Source: Acidimicrobiia bacterium
GTDB lineage: Bacteria > Actinomycetota > Acidimicrobiia > Spongiisociales > ZC4RG35
NCBI GenBank assembly: GCA_965203555.1
Contig: CBDBCY010000004.1
Location: 2,080,001-2,144,000 of the forward strand
Length of the DNA stretch: 64,000 nt
Direction of reading: 5' to 3'
The notes below the pieces were generated by a model, which searched no databases, was not told the DNA's origin, and saw only the letters and a program-made list of their open reading frames with translations. The translations under genes and the position numbers were made by a program. This document shows, piece by piece, positions 1-9,448 of this stretch. Position 1 is the first letter of the stretch. Each line of letters begins with the position of its first letter.

Positions 1-23
1 TTGGGCCGGGGCGGCCCGGTCGT

Positions 24-603
24 TCAGCGGCGCATCACCTTGGGAGCGACGGTGCCGAACTCCGACGGAAGTTTCAACACGGTCACGCCGCATTCCCGCA
101 TGATCTGGACTTTCTCCGCCGCCGACTCCCCGACGGTCGACACGATGGCCCCGGCGTGGCCCATCTTACGACCCTTGGGGGCGGTGAGGCCTGCGATGTA
201 GGCCACCACCGGTTTGTGCATGTGGTCCCGGGCGTACAGGGCCGGCTTGGGCCTCCTGCGGCCCTCCGATTTCGCCCACCATCACCACCGCTTCGGTCTG
301 GTTGTCAAGCTCGAACAGCTTCAGGTGGTCGAGGAACGAGCTGCCATTAATGGGATCGCCGCCGATGCCGACACTGGTGCTGACCCCGATGCCGACCGCT
401 TTGAGCTGAGATGCCGCCTCGTAGCCGAGCGTTCCCGACCGGCTGATGATTCCGATCGAGCCCCGCCGGTAGATGTGTCCGGGCATGATGCCCATCATGG
501 CCCGGCCCGGGCTGATCACGCCGGCGCCGTTGGGGCCGATCAGGCGCATCCGGCGAGCGTGCCGGTAGCGGCGAAGGTAACGCTTGACTTTCAGCATGTC
601 CTG
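24..603 (-). pseudogene. mtkB: Malate-CoA ligase / succinyl-CoA synthetase alpha subunit (MtkB/SucD family), 5'-truncated and frameshifted
   Basis: Reads [56 protein letters not shown]. One extra base near 244 shifts the frame to [33 protein letters not shown]. The N-terminal ~100 aa (CoA-binding region) are absent. The KRYLRRY stretch resembles methylotroph MtkB. Confidence 0.8.
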
Positions 604-606
604 GAT

Positions 607-729
607 GAGGTCGGCGGCGGCCTGGGAGCCTTCGCCGGTCGGTGCTGGCGGATCGGCTTGATGGGCCACACGGCTCGGCTTGACAACGTGTCGCGGGTGC
701 TGGCCGCCTTGGACGAAGTGCTGGTGTAG
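607..729 (+). pseudogene. C-terminal fragment of a class-V (alanine/serine-glyoxylate-type) aminotransferase
   Basis: [40 protein letters not shown] matches the typical AGT/SPT C-terminus. There is no N-terminal part, and the fragment abuts the mtkB fragment. Confidence 0.75.
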
Positions 730-825
730 ATCCAGAGGAGGCGGATTTAGGCGGGTTGCATCGCGCCGCTCCTCCCACCGGGCGGTTGACTAAAGGGCGT
801 CCGAGAAAGGGCCGGTTGTTCGGCG

Positions 826-1683
826 TCAGCGTTCCGTCTTGTACGGATTGAGGAGGTCGGTGAGGGTGTCGCCGAGGAGGGTGAAGACCAGCACCGTTAT
901 GAATATGGCGCTTCCCGCTCCCAACGCCAGGTAGGGATTGGTGGAGACCAGGGTCTTGCCGGCCAGCAGCATGGCGCCCCAGGACGGGGCGGGAGGCTGA
1001 GCGCCCAGACCCAGGAAACTGAGGGCGGCTTCGGTTAGCACCGCGGTGGCGAAGGTGAGAGTGAACTGCACCAGGATGATCGAGGTCAGGTTGGGCAGGA
1101 GCGACCGCTGCATCAGATATACATGACTGGCGCCCAAGGCTCTGCCCGCGGTGATGAATTCGCTCTCTTTGAGGGAGAGGGCCATTCCTCGCACCAGACG
1201 GGCGAAGCGGGGGATCTGGACTATCCCGATGGCAATGATGGTATTGCGCAGATTGGTTCCCAGCACCGCCACCATGGCCATGGCCAGGATGATGGGGGGA
1301 AACGCCAGCAAGCCGTCGGTGGTGCGCATCATTATGGTGTCGGTGAGCTTCCCGAAGTACCCGCTGACCACGCCCATCGGCACCCCGAACACCACCGCGA
1401 TGGCGGTGGAGGCAAAGCCCACGTACAGGGAGACTCGCGACCCGTGGATGAGACGACTGAAGATGTCCCTTCCTATCGAGTCGGTGCCAAGCCAGAACTG
1501 TGCGGTGGGCAACTCGAAGGGATAGGCGACCACTTCGGTGGCGCCGTAAGGCGCCAGGAGATCGGCGAACAGCGCGGTCAGCACCAGTAGCGCCACCATG
1601 CTGAGCGTGAAGAGGTGGAGGGGATTGCGGACGATCCTCCTCCAGATCTTGCGTCTCTCCGAGAACTGTGCGGCAGATGTCAT
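826..1683 (-). CDS. Peptide/nickel ABC transporter permease (OppC/DppC family)
   Basis: LGTDSIGRDIFSRLIHGSRVSL, EAA-like loop (EFITAGRALGAS) and LSFLGLG motifs. Confidence 0.95.
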   Translation of the reverse strand: MTSAAQFSERRKIWRRIVRNPLHLFTLSMVALLVLTALFADLLAPYGATEVVAYPFELPTAQFWLGTDSIGRDIFSRLIHGSRVSLYVGFASTAIAVVFGVPMGVVSGYFGKLTDTIMMRTTDGLLAFPPIILAMAMVAVLGTNLRNTIIAIGIVQIPRFARLVRGMALSLKESEFITAGRALGASHVYLMQRSLLPNLTSIILVQFTLTFATAVLTEAALSFLGLGAQPPAPSWGAMLLAGKTLVSTNPYLALGAGSAIFITVLVFTLLGDTLTDLLNPYKTER

Positions 1684-1705
1684 ATCCGGGTTGGTCCTTG
1701 TGCGC

Positions 1706-2653
1706 TCATGAACGGGCGATCCTCGGGTCGAGCCAGGAATAGGTCAGGTCCACCAGCAGGTTGACGATCACGAAGGTGGCGGCCGAGACCAGCACGGCTA
1801 TCTGAACCACGTCGAACGCCCGGGTGAGGATGGACTGGATCATAAGCCATCCCAACCCCGGCCAAATGAAGATCTGCTCGATAACCACCATCCCTCCCAC
1901 CAGCAATCCGAAGTTGACGCCCACCTCGGTGACCAGCGGGATGGCGGCGTTCCGGAAGGCATGCCAGTAGTTGACCCGACGCTCCGTCAGGCCCTTGGCG
2001 CGGGCGGTGCGCACGTAGTCGGCGCTGAGCACTTCCAACATCCCTGCTCTCATGAACCGGGTCAGCCGGGCGGCGGTCACCGACGCGATGGTGAGCACCG
2101 GCATTATCAGTTGACTGAGGTGCTTGACGGGATCTTCTCCAAAGGGAACGTACCCCCCGGGAGGTAGAAGGGGGAACACTTCCGCCAGCAGGATGAGCAA
2201 GCCGATTCCCATCACATAGGTGGGCATGCTGAACCCCAGGGTGGTGAACACCCGGGCGATGTGGTCCACCCATGTCCCTTCCCGGATGGCCGAGATCATC
2301 CCCAGGGGCACGGCCACAATCACGGCCAGGAGTATGGAGAGAGCAGCCAGTTCCAAGGTTCTCCCCAAGGCGGGAAAGACCAGGCTGGACACCTCGGCGT
2401 AGCCGTGAGTAATCGACTTCCCGAAGTCGCCGCGGGCCAGGTTCCCCATCCAGCGCAGGTATTGGACGTGGGTGGGGTCGTTGAGGCCCAACTCCTCTCG
2501 GAGTGCTTCGTAGTCCTCCGGTGAGGCGTCGAGGCCGAGTGTCATGGCGGCGGGGTCGCCTGGGACCAGCCGGAAGATCACGAACACGGCGGTCGAGACG
2601 ATCCACATGACCAGGATCCCGTGCAACAGGCGGCGGGCAACGTATCTGGTCAT
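1706..2653 (-). CDS. Peptide/nickel ABC transporter permease (OppB/DppB family)
   Basis: Starts MTRYVARRL (ATGA overlap with the upstream gene). PGDPA, DYVRTARAKGL, HAFRNA and WPGLG motifs. Confidence 0.95.
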   Translation of the reverse strand: MTRYVARRLLHGILVMWIVSTAVFVIFRLVPGDPAAMTLGLDASPEDYEALREELGLNDPTHVQYLRWMGNLARGDFGKSITHGYAEVSSLVFPALGRTLELAALSILLAVIVAVPLGMISAIREGTWVDHIARVFTTLGFSMPTYVMGIGLLILLAEVFPLLPPGGYVPFGEDPVKHLSQLIMPVLTIASVTAARLTRFMRAGMLEVLSADYVRTARAKGLTERRVNYWHAFRNAAIPLVTEVGVNFGLLVGGMVVIEQIFIWPGLGWLMIQSILTRAFDVVQIAVLVSAATFVIVNLLVDLTYSWLDPRIARS

Positions 2654-3660
2654 GATCGAGCGCTCCAGTGGCTTTCGGCGCCCGGGTAATGGCAGGCCAC
2701 CAAGCTGTCGGAGACAGGCGCCAATGGGGGGTCCTGTTCGACGCAGAGTTGGTCGCCTCGCCAGCACCGGGTTCTGAACCGGCAGCCGGAGGGCGGATCG
2801 AGGGGATTGGGCAGGTCGCCGGTGAGAATTATCCGTTCCCGGGTCTGTCGACCCTGGGCGGCGGAGATGTCGGGGATCGCCGACAGGAGGGCGATCGTGT
2901 AGGGATGCTGGGGGGAGTTGAAAACCGCGTCCCGGGGGCCTTCTTCCACGATCCGGCCGAGGTACATGACCGCCACGCGATCGGAGACCTGGCCCACCAC
3001 CGACAGATCGTGGGCGATGAACAGATACGCCAGGCCGAGTTCGGTTTGCAGGTCTTCCAGCAAGTTGAGAATCTGGGCCTGGATGGAGACGTCCAGCGCC
3101 GACACCGGTTCGTCCAGCACCAGAAGAGAGGGCTCCAGGGCCAGGGCTCGGGCGATGGCGATCCGCTGTCGCTGACCGCCGGAGAACTCGTGGGGGAACC
3201 GGCGCAGGGAGTCGGGTGGCAACTGGACCAGGGACAGCAGTTCCGGGATCTTTTTGCTGGCCACCTTTTTGGAGATGCCATGGATCCGGAAAGGCTCGTA
3301 CAGGATCTGGCGGACTCTGAACCGGGGATTGAGGGAGGCGTAGGGATCCTGGAAGACGATCTGCATCTCCTGGCGCAGGGGACGCATCTGTTGGTGATCG
3401 AAGTGGGTGATGTCCTCTCCCGCGAAACTCACAGTTCCGGCAGAGGGTTCCAGCAGTCGGATGATGGTCCTTCCCAGGGTGGACTTGCCGCACCCCGACT
3501 CACCCACCAGCCCCAGAGTTTCACCAGGCTTGATGGACAGGGTGACGTCCTCCACCGCCACCAGGGTGGTGGCCTTCTGGGCGCCGCTGCGTCGGATGTG
3601 GTAACTGGTGGTGATGTCCCGGATGTCGAGAATCGGCTTCCGGGCGGCGGCGGTGTTCAT
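2650..3660 (-). CDS. Peptide ABC transporter ATP-binding protein (OppF/AppF family)
   Basis: GESGCGKST, FSGGQRQR, LDEPVSALD and the C-terminal oligopeptide HPY domain. Start MNTAAARK at 3660. Confidence 0.95.
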   Translation of the reverse strand: MNTAAARKPILDIRDITTSYHIRRSGAQKATTLVAVEDVTLSIKPGETLGLVGESGCGKSTLGRTIIRLLEPSAGTVSFAGEDITHFDHQQMRPLRQEMQIVFQDPYASLNPRFRVRQILYEPFRIHGISKKVASKKIPELLSLVQLPPDSLRRFPHEFSGGQRQRIAIARALALEPSLLVLDEPVSALDVSIQAQILNLLEDLQTELGLAYLFIAHDLSVVGQVSDRVAVMYLGRIVEEGPRDAVFNSPQHPYTIALLSAIPDISAAQGRQTRERIILTGDLPNPLDPPSGCRFRTRCWRGDQLCVEQDPPLAPVSDSLVACHYPGAESHWSARS

Positions 3661-4667
3661 GTTGCTCTCCCGGTGAGCCAGGATGCCGCCTCCTCGGTGA
3701 AGTGACAGGCTGCCTGGTGTCGGGTTCCCACTTCCAGCAGCCGCGGGGAGTCGGATCGGCAGACCGAACGCTCCCCTCCGACGGCGCACCGGGGATGGAA
3801 GGGGCATCCCGGGGGGACGTTGGCCATATCGGGAGGCTGGCCGGGAATGGAGTAGAGTTTCGTCCTCTTTTGCGTGATCGAAGGAATGGAAGCCAGCAGT
3901 CCGATCGTGTAGGGGTGCCGTGGCCGGGAGAAGATGTCGCCGATGCGCCCTTCCTCCACGATCCGACCGGCGTACATCACTATCACCCGGTCGGCAATCT
4001 GGGAGACCAGCCCCAGGTCGTGGGTGATCAGGATGGAAGCCGCCCCCGTCTCCTGGCGGGCTGCCTTGAGGGTTTCGATCACCTGCGCCTGGATGGTCAC
4101 GTCCAGGGCGGTGGTGGGCTCGTCGGCGATCAGCAGCTTGGGCCGGTTGGCCATGGCCATGGCGATCATGGCCCGCTGGCGCATACCGCCCGAGTACTCG
4201 TGGGGAAACTGGTTGTAGCGCCGTTCCGGCTGCGGGATCCCCACCATGTCCAGCAATTCGATGCCGCGCCGGCGGTGATTGGACCTGGAATCGGAAGGAT
4301 TGTGGGTCCACAGAGCTTCCCGCAGTTGCTCCCCCACCTTGATAACCGGGTTCAAAGAGGTCATGGGATCCTGGAACACCATGGAGATCTCCTGTCCCCG
4401 GATCGCGCGGAGGGCTTCCGTGGACAGGGGCAACAAGTCCTGCCCCTCGAAGAGAGCCCTTCCACCGGTTATCTCCCCGGGGGGTTTGGGGATGAGTCCC
4501 AGGATGCTCAGCACCGTCACCGTCTTGCCGGATCCGGACTCGCCGACTATTCCGAGGGTCTCCCCGGTGTTGAGGGAGAAACTCACGCCATTGACGGCAT
4601 TGATCAACTGATCATGGGTGTTGAACCGGACTGAAAGGTTCTCGACGGTTAGCAACGGAACTGGCAT
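3657..4667 (-). CDS. Peptide ABC transporter ATP-binding protein (OppD/DppD family)
   Basis: GESGSGKT, YSGGMRQR, ADEPTTALD, HPYT and GCPFHPRC motifs. Confidence 0.95.
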   Translation of the reverse strand: MPVPLLTVENLSVRFNTHDQLINAVNGVSFSLNTGETLGIVGESGSGKTVTVLSILGLIPKPPGEITGGRALFEGQDLLPLSTEALRAIRGQEISMVFQDPMTSLNPVIKVGEQLREALWTHNPSDSRSNHRRRGIELLDMVGIPQPERRYNQFPHEYSGGMRQRAMIAMAMANRPKLLIADEPTTALDVTIQAQVIETLKAARQETGAASILITHDLGLVSQIADRVIVMYAGRIVEEGRIGDIFSRPRHPYTIGLLASIPSITQKRTKLYSIPGQPPDMANVPPGCPFHPRCAVGGERSVCRSDSPRLLEVGTRHQAACHFTEEAASWLTGRAT

Positions 4668-4711
4668 CGGGATTGAAAGATACCTTGCTGGGCGAGGTTT
4701 GGGCGGTAGGA

Positions 4712-4750
4712 GAGGAGGGGCGGGGACGCCGAAGCGCCCCCGTTCTCCTC
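4712..4750 (-). terminator. Intercistronic stem-loop with a C(UUCG)G tetraloop after the substrate-binding protein gene
   Basis: Minus strand reads GAGGAGAACGGGGGCGC-TTCG-GCGTCCCCGCCCCTCCTC. There is no U-tract, so it is more likely an mRNA-stabilising element or partial terminator. Confidence 0.6.
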
Positions 4751-4768
4751 AGTTTGCGTTAGCGGAAC

Positions 4769-6655
4769 CTAGTTCTCTGACAGGTAGACGTCGGTGAGGT
4801 ACAGGGTTCCTTGAGTGTGCGAAATGAAGCCGTGGACATTGGGACTGTGGGGTATGGGGTTCAGTCGCCCTCCGAGGACGATCTGGGGTTGTTCCTCCAT
4901 GGCCCACTCCTGCAACTGGTATATGGCTTCCTTGTACTCGATGTTGGAGGCGATGGATCGGGCACTGGCCAGCAACTCGAAGAACTCGGGCTTGTGGTCG
5001 ATCCATCCCATGGTCTCAACGAAGAGCTTGTTGTAGGGATGGTTCAGCAAGTCGTACTCGTCCGGCTTGGGCACCATTGCGCACTGGGCCAGGTCGTACA
5101 GGCCAAGCTGGTCAGGATCATTCGTATGCGTGGGGAGCGTTCTGTCAACATAGGTCGCCACATCCATGATGTTCAGCTCGATCTGGATGTTCAAGCCGGT
5201 TTTCAGTTGCTCCTGAACGGCCTCGGCCAGCCAGGTGTGCTCGATGTTAGTAGCGCAAACTATCATCTCCCCGCCGTCGAAGCCGTCGGCATACCCCGCA
5301 CTCGCGAGAAGGGCCTTCGCTCCCTCGACGTCAGGAGCGTTGTATGAGGCCGCGTCCGGGTTGAAGAACTGCGCGTTGCTCTCCATGGGGTTGGAAATAA
5401 CCTGCATGTGGCCCAGCAGGGTTCGTTGCAGCGCAGGGCGATCAATCGCCATGCTGACCGCCTGGCGCACCAGGGGATTCGACCAGATGTCCCTGCGGGT
5501 GTTGACGTGGAAGTGATACAGGCCGGTGTTCCCCGATGGAGGACTGGCGATTACCATGCCCGCTTCGCTGAGGGCTGCCAACTCGGGCAACGGACCCTGG
5601 GCCAGCATGTGGACCTCGCCGGATCGAAGCTGAAGCGACTGGACGTTCTCATCAGGAACGGTGACGTACTCGATCCTGTCCAGGTAAGCCTCGCCCCAGT
5701 AGTCGGGGTTGCGCTCTATGACAACCTTTTGGTTTTTCTCCCAGGACACGAACCTGTACGGACCGGTGCCGGTAGGCGTCGCGTTCAAGTCGATGTCCTC
5801 GGCAGGCGATATATACACGTCGATCAGCGTGCTGTGCAATATGCGATCCGGCTCTGAGAGTCGAACCTCCACGGTGAGGTCGCCAGTCGCTACGACTTCC
5901 GCGACTCGAGTCAGCAAGGAAGCTGTCCTTCCCGCCCCGGGCTCCTGCGCGCGTTCGATTGAGCGAACAACGTCAACGGCGTCCAGATCCGAGCCGTCGT
6001 GAAAGACCACGTCCGGACGAATATGGAATTCATGCGTCAGACCGTCTTCTGAGACATTCCAGTGAGTGGCCAGCAAAGGCCTGATCTCGTAGGTGTTCAG
6101 GTCGAACTCAACCAGGGTTTCATACATGTTGGTGACGACGTTGCGGCCAGCTGTGGATCCGTACCGGTTGGGATGCATTTGGTTTGGATCGGCCGTTTGG
6201 GCGATGACGAGAGTCCCACCACGGGGAATCATCTCCTCTTCCATCGCCATGGTGGCTTCTTCCAACTCCTGTTCGGCCATGGCGGCTGCCTCTTCGGCTT
6301 CGGCTACCATCGCTTCGGCTTCGGCTGCCTTAGCTTCGGCTTCGGCTGCCTTAGCTTCGGCTTCGGCCAATGCTTCCATGGCTGCTTCGTCCCCTTCTTC
6401 GGCGGCCATCTTCGTGTCTTCCAGTTCCGCCATGGCCTCATCCAGGGCAGCTTGCGCCTCGGCAGCTTCCGCGGCCGCGGCCGCGGCTTCGGCCGAGGCG
6501 GTTTCGGCTGCCGCCTGTGCCTCGGCTGCCTGTGCTTCGGCTGCGGCGCGGGCTGCTGCTTCGGCTTCGGCTGCGGCCTCGGCTTCCGAAGTGTCCTCCC
6601 CACAGGCCGTTGCAACCAGGGCCAGAATGGCCAGCATCGCGAGTAGTTTCTTCAT
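4769..6655 (-). CDS. Family-5 ABC substrate-binding lipoprotein with a long Ala/Glu-rich N-terminal linker
   Basis: AAAGGAG RBS; signal peptide MKKLLAMLAILALVATAC (lipobox); ~120-aa AEAKA-rich segment; then SBP5 motifs (RGGTL, YETLV, FHDGS, GTGPY, VRQAVSMAIDR). Confidence 0.93.
   Translation of the reverse strand: MKKLLAMLAILALVATACGEDTSEAEAAAEAEAAARAAAEAQAAEAQAAAETASAEAAAAAAEAAEAQAALDEAMAELEDTKMAAEEGDEAAMEALAEAEAKAAEAEAKAAEAEAMVAEAEEAAAMAEQELEEATMAMEEEMIPRGGTLVIAQTADPNQMHPNRYGSTAGRNVVTNMYETLVEFDLNTYEIRPLLATHWNVSEDGLTHEFHIRPDVVFHDGSDLDAVDVVRSIERAQEPGAGRTASLLTRVAEVVATGDLTVEVRLSEPDRILHSTLIDVYISPAEDIDLNATPTGTGPYRFVSWEKNQKVVIERNPDYWGEAYLDRIEYVTVPDENVQSLQLRSGEVHMLAQGPLPELAALSEAGMVIASPPSGNTGLYHFHVNTRRDIWSNPLVRQAVSMAIDRPALQRTLLGHMQVISNPMESNAQFFNPDAASYNAPDVEGAKALLASAGYADGFDGGEMIVCATNIEHTWLAEAVQEQLKTGLNIQIELNIMDVATYVDRTLPTHTNDPDQLGLYDLAQCAMVPKPDEYDLLNHPYNKLFVETMGWIDHKPEFFELLASARSIASNIEYKEAIYQLQEWAMEEQPQIVLGGRLNPIPHSPNVHGFISHTQGTLYLTDVYLSEN
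6312..6367 (-). repeat. 21-bp in-frame tandem repeat (~2.7 copies) encoding AEAEAKA
   Basis: GCTTCGGCTTCGGCTGCCTTA at 6312 and 6333, with a partial copy at 6354. Confidence 0.85.
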
Positions 6656-6838
6656 CTTGATCGCTCCTTTGTTGTCGGACATGTCCATCAGTATCGCGAC
6701 TGTAATAGCTAGACTAGAACTCTTCAATAGTCACAACCATCTGAAAAGTAAAAGAATTCTTTGCAAAACCGTTAATAGCCCTGCCCCTTTGCCAGGTAAG
6801 ACCTATAGAAGATGTTTAAGATGGGTAACGGCAAGCCT

Positions 6839-7177
6839 ATGTCTGACTTTCTGAAGCGCCCCCGACTTCCCGCTGGCATTGACGGGTCTCGGCTTGATCT
6901 GTGGGAGGAGTTCCGGCGACGGCCCTTCGGCCAGCATTCACCTGATCTGCAGGCGCTGTTGGACTACATGCGGGGTGGTCCGATCACTGGCAAGTTTTTC
7001 CTGAAGCTGACCGGCCCTCATTCGGAGTGGACCCTGGCGCGGTTCAGCACCACCTACCCATTGACCACCGAAACTCTGCCCGAGCATGTCTTCACCACCA
7101 TCGAAGACGCCGAGTATTTTGTGTTCCGCCGCCGCTGGGAGGAGATGTTCGGCGCCGACCCGGGAGCGGAGTCGTGA
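6839..7177 (+). CDS. N,N-dimethylformamidase small (alpha) subunit-like protein
   Basis: EEFRRRPFGQHSPDLQALLDYMR and FTTIEDAEYFVFRRRW resemble DMFase small subunits. GTGA overlap with the large subunit. The start could instead be 6812 or 6821. Confidence 0.75.
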   Translation: MSDFLKRPRLPAGIDGSRLDLWEEFRRRPFGQHSPDLQALLDYMRGGPITGKFFLKLTGPHSEWTLARFSTTYPLTTETLPEHVFTTIEDAEYFVFRRRWEEMFGADPGAES

Positions 7178-9402
7178 GCGTCAAGGCCGCGGTCATGGGA
7201 TATGCGGACCGCCAGAGCCTGCGGCCGGGAGAGCGCATCGAGTTCAAGGTGAGCGCGTTGGGCCCGGAGACCTACCGGGCGGACATCGTGCGGTTGATCG
7301 CTCCGGAAGTGGGTCTGGGCGACGACTGCCCGGACTTCTGCGAGATTGAACTCCACACCGAGGTTTGCGGTGACTATCCCACGGAGTGGCAGCCCATGCA
7401 TCCCGGTTCGGCGGTGCGGGTCCCGGGGGGTCTTCCCCTGGATGAGGGAGTGACCCTCAGCGCCAACATCTTTCCCACCTTGATCGAGGCGGGTCGGCAG
7501 GCCATCCTGGGAACCTACAGTCCCACCGACGATTCGGGCCTCAGCCTGATCCTGGAGGACGGGGCTCTCGCTCTGGTGGTGGGAAGCGGGGGGTCCACGG
7601 CCATCGTGACCAGTTCGATTACCCCGGTGGAGCACCGTTGGACGGCGGTGGCCGTCACCTATGAGCCTGACGCCGGCACGGTGGAATTCCATGCCCGGGG
7701 AATGGAGACCCATCGCCTCGAATCTTCACTGTCATCCCGGGAGAGGATGGAAGGGGCGGCGCCCGGAGCATCGGGAGGAAGCCACTTCCACATAGGGGCC
7801 GCCCGAGCCGTGGATGACCGCGGCGTGGAGCACACCGCGCTCTGTTTCAACGGCCGGGTCGAAAGGCCCCGGGTCTACGCCCGGTTGCTGGACCATGAAG
7901 ACATCTCCCGTCTGTCGGCGGTGACCGGTCCGGCGCCGGTTGCAGGAGCGTATGCAGACTGGGACCTCTCCATCGGTATCGACACCGATTCGGTCACCGA
8001 CGTGTCGGGCAACGGCCGTCACGGAGAGACGGTAAACCTGCCCACCCGCGCGGTGGGAGGCTCCAACTGGGCGGGTGAGACCGACAACTGGCAACTACGG
8101 ACCGAGCAGTACGGCGCCATCCACTTCCACGACGACGACGTCGATGACGCCCGGTGGCGGACCAGTTTCGCCCTGGTGGTACCCGAGGACTGGAAGAGCG
8201 GATGCTATGCGGCCCGCCTTCGGGCCGACGACGCCGAGTTCTACGTGCCCTTCGTGGTGCGGCCGACTCCCGGCAAGGAGGCCGATGCGGTGTTGCTGCT
8301 GTCCACCGCCACCTACGGCGCCTACGCCAACCTGAGGCTTCGGGTCGTCTTCCCATGGAACGAGTTGATCCACGGTCGCCTGACGGTGCTGGACGACACC
8401 GATCTGCTGATGCTCCGGTTTCCCGAGATCGGCTCCTCCACCTACGACAGCCACACCGACGGGAGCACCGTTGTCTATGCCTCGATGCGGCGCCCGGTCA
8501 CCAATTTCCGCCCCAAGGGCCGCATCTACAAGTTCTGCCAGGACATGCTGCTGGTCTCCTGGCTCGAGGAGGACGGATACGACTTCGACGTGATCACCGA
8601 CGAGGACGTGCACCGCGAGGGCCTGTCTGCCCTGGAGCCCTATCGGGTGGTCATCACCAGTTCCCATCCCGAGTACTTCAGCACCCGGATGTTCGACGCC
8701 ACCGAGGACCATGTCAGGCAGGGAGGACGGATGATGTACCTGGGAGGCAACGGCTGGTACTGGGTGATCGGTTATCACCCCACCCGCTCGGGAATAGTGG
8801 AGGTCCGCCGGCCCGACGCTCCCCGGCTGTGGGCGGCCGACGTCAGCCAGGGTCATCTCTCGTTCACCGGAGAGCGAGCCGGTACGTGGTCATGGGCGGG
8901 CCGTCCCCCCGAGACCTTCCTGGGAGTGTGTTTCATCACCCAGGGCTTCGACGAGTGTTCCTATTACCGACGCACCGAGGCCTCCGACGATGAGCGCGCT
9001 GCCTTCATTTTCGAGGGCGTCGACGACGAGCTCATCGGAGACTTCGGCCTGTTGATGGGAGGAGCGGCAGGATATGAGATCGACCGGGCGGACTACCTTA
9101 TGGGGACCCCGCGGCATGCGCTGGTTTTGGCGTCGTCGGAGGGCCATTCCAACCTCTACGACTTGATGGTCACCTCACTGGTCGATACTTTGCCGCCCAC
9201 CAATCCCGATGATCCCGACCGGATCCGTGCCGACATAGTGTTCTACGAGACCCCCGGTGGCGGTGCGGTGTTCTCGGTGGGCTCGATTGCCTGGTCGGGA
9301 AGCCTCAGCGCCGCACGGTACGACAACAACGTGGCGGCGGTCAGCCGTAACGTCCTCAACCGCTTCCTGGATCCCGAGCCCTTCCAGATGCCCGCCGAAT
9401 GA
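7174..9402 (+). CDS. N,N-dimethylformamidase large (beta) subunit-like protein
   Basis: GYADRQSLRPGE start, LamG-like region, YGAIHFHDDD, TYGAYAN, STYDSHTDG, SSHPEY, YLGGNGWYW, GGAAGYEID and GGAVFSVGSIAW motifs. Confidence 0.9.
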   Translation: MSVKAAVMGYADRQSLRPGERIEFKVSALGPETYRADIVRLIAPEVGLGDDCPDFCEIELHTEVCGDYPTEWQPMHPGSAVRVPGGLPLDEGVTLSANIFPTLIEAGRQAILGTYSPTDDSGLSLILEDGALALVVGSGGSTAIVTSSITPVEHRWTAVAVTYEPDAGTVEFHARGMETHRLESSLSSRERMEGAAPGASGGSHFHIGAARAVDDRGVEHTALCFNGRVERPRVYARLLDHEDISRLSAVTGPAPVAGAYADWDLSIGIDTDSVTDVSGNGRHGETVNLPTRAVGGSNWAGETDNWQLRTEQYGAIHFHDDDVDDARWRTSFALVVPEDWKSGCYAARLRADDAEFYVPFVVRPTPGKEADAVLLLSTATYGAYANLRLRVVFPWNELIHGRLTVLDDTDLLMLRFPEIGSSTYDSHTDGSTVVYASMRRPVTNFRPKGRIYKFCQDMLLVSWLEEDGYDFDVITDEDVHREGLSALEPYRVVITSSHPEYFSTRMFDATEDHVRQGGRMMYLGGNGWYWVIGYHPTRSGIVEVRRPDAPRLWAADVSQGHLSFTGERAGTWSWAGRPPETFLGVCFITQGFDECSYYRRTEASDDERAAFIFEGVDDELIGDFGLLMGGAAGYEIDRADYLMGTPRHALVLASSEGHSNLYDLMVTSLVDTLPPTNPDDPDRIRADIVFYETPGGGAVFSVGSIAWSGSLSAARYDNNVAAVSRNVLNRFLDPEPFQMPAE

Positions 9403-9448
9403 TCTCGGGCTTCGGATCCGAAGAAGCCGCCGATGGGTGGGGACAGGC

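Noticed and set aside
1680-4634. Long alternative ORFs such as 1680-2606, 2668-3705, 3702-4634 and the 5' extensions of 1706-3493 and 2650-4311
   Set aside because: These are shadow or off-frame ORFs typical of high-GC coding DNA and overlap well-supported ABC genes.
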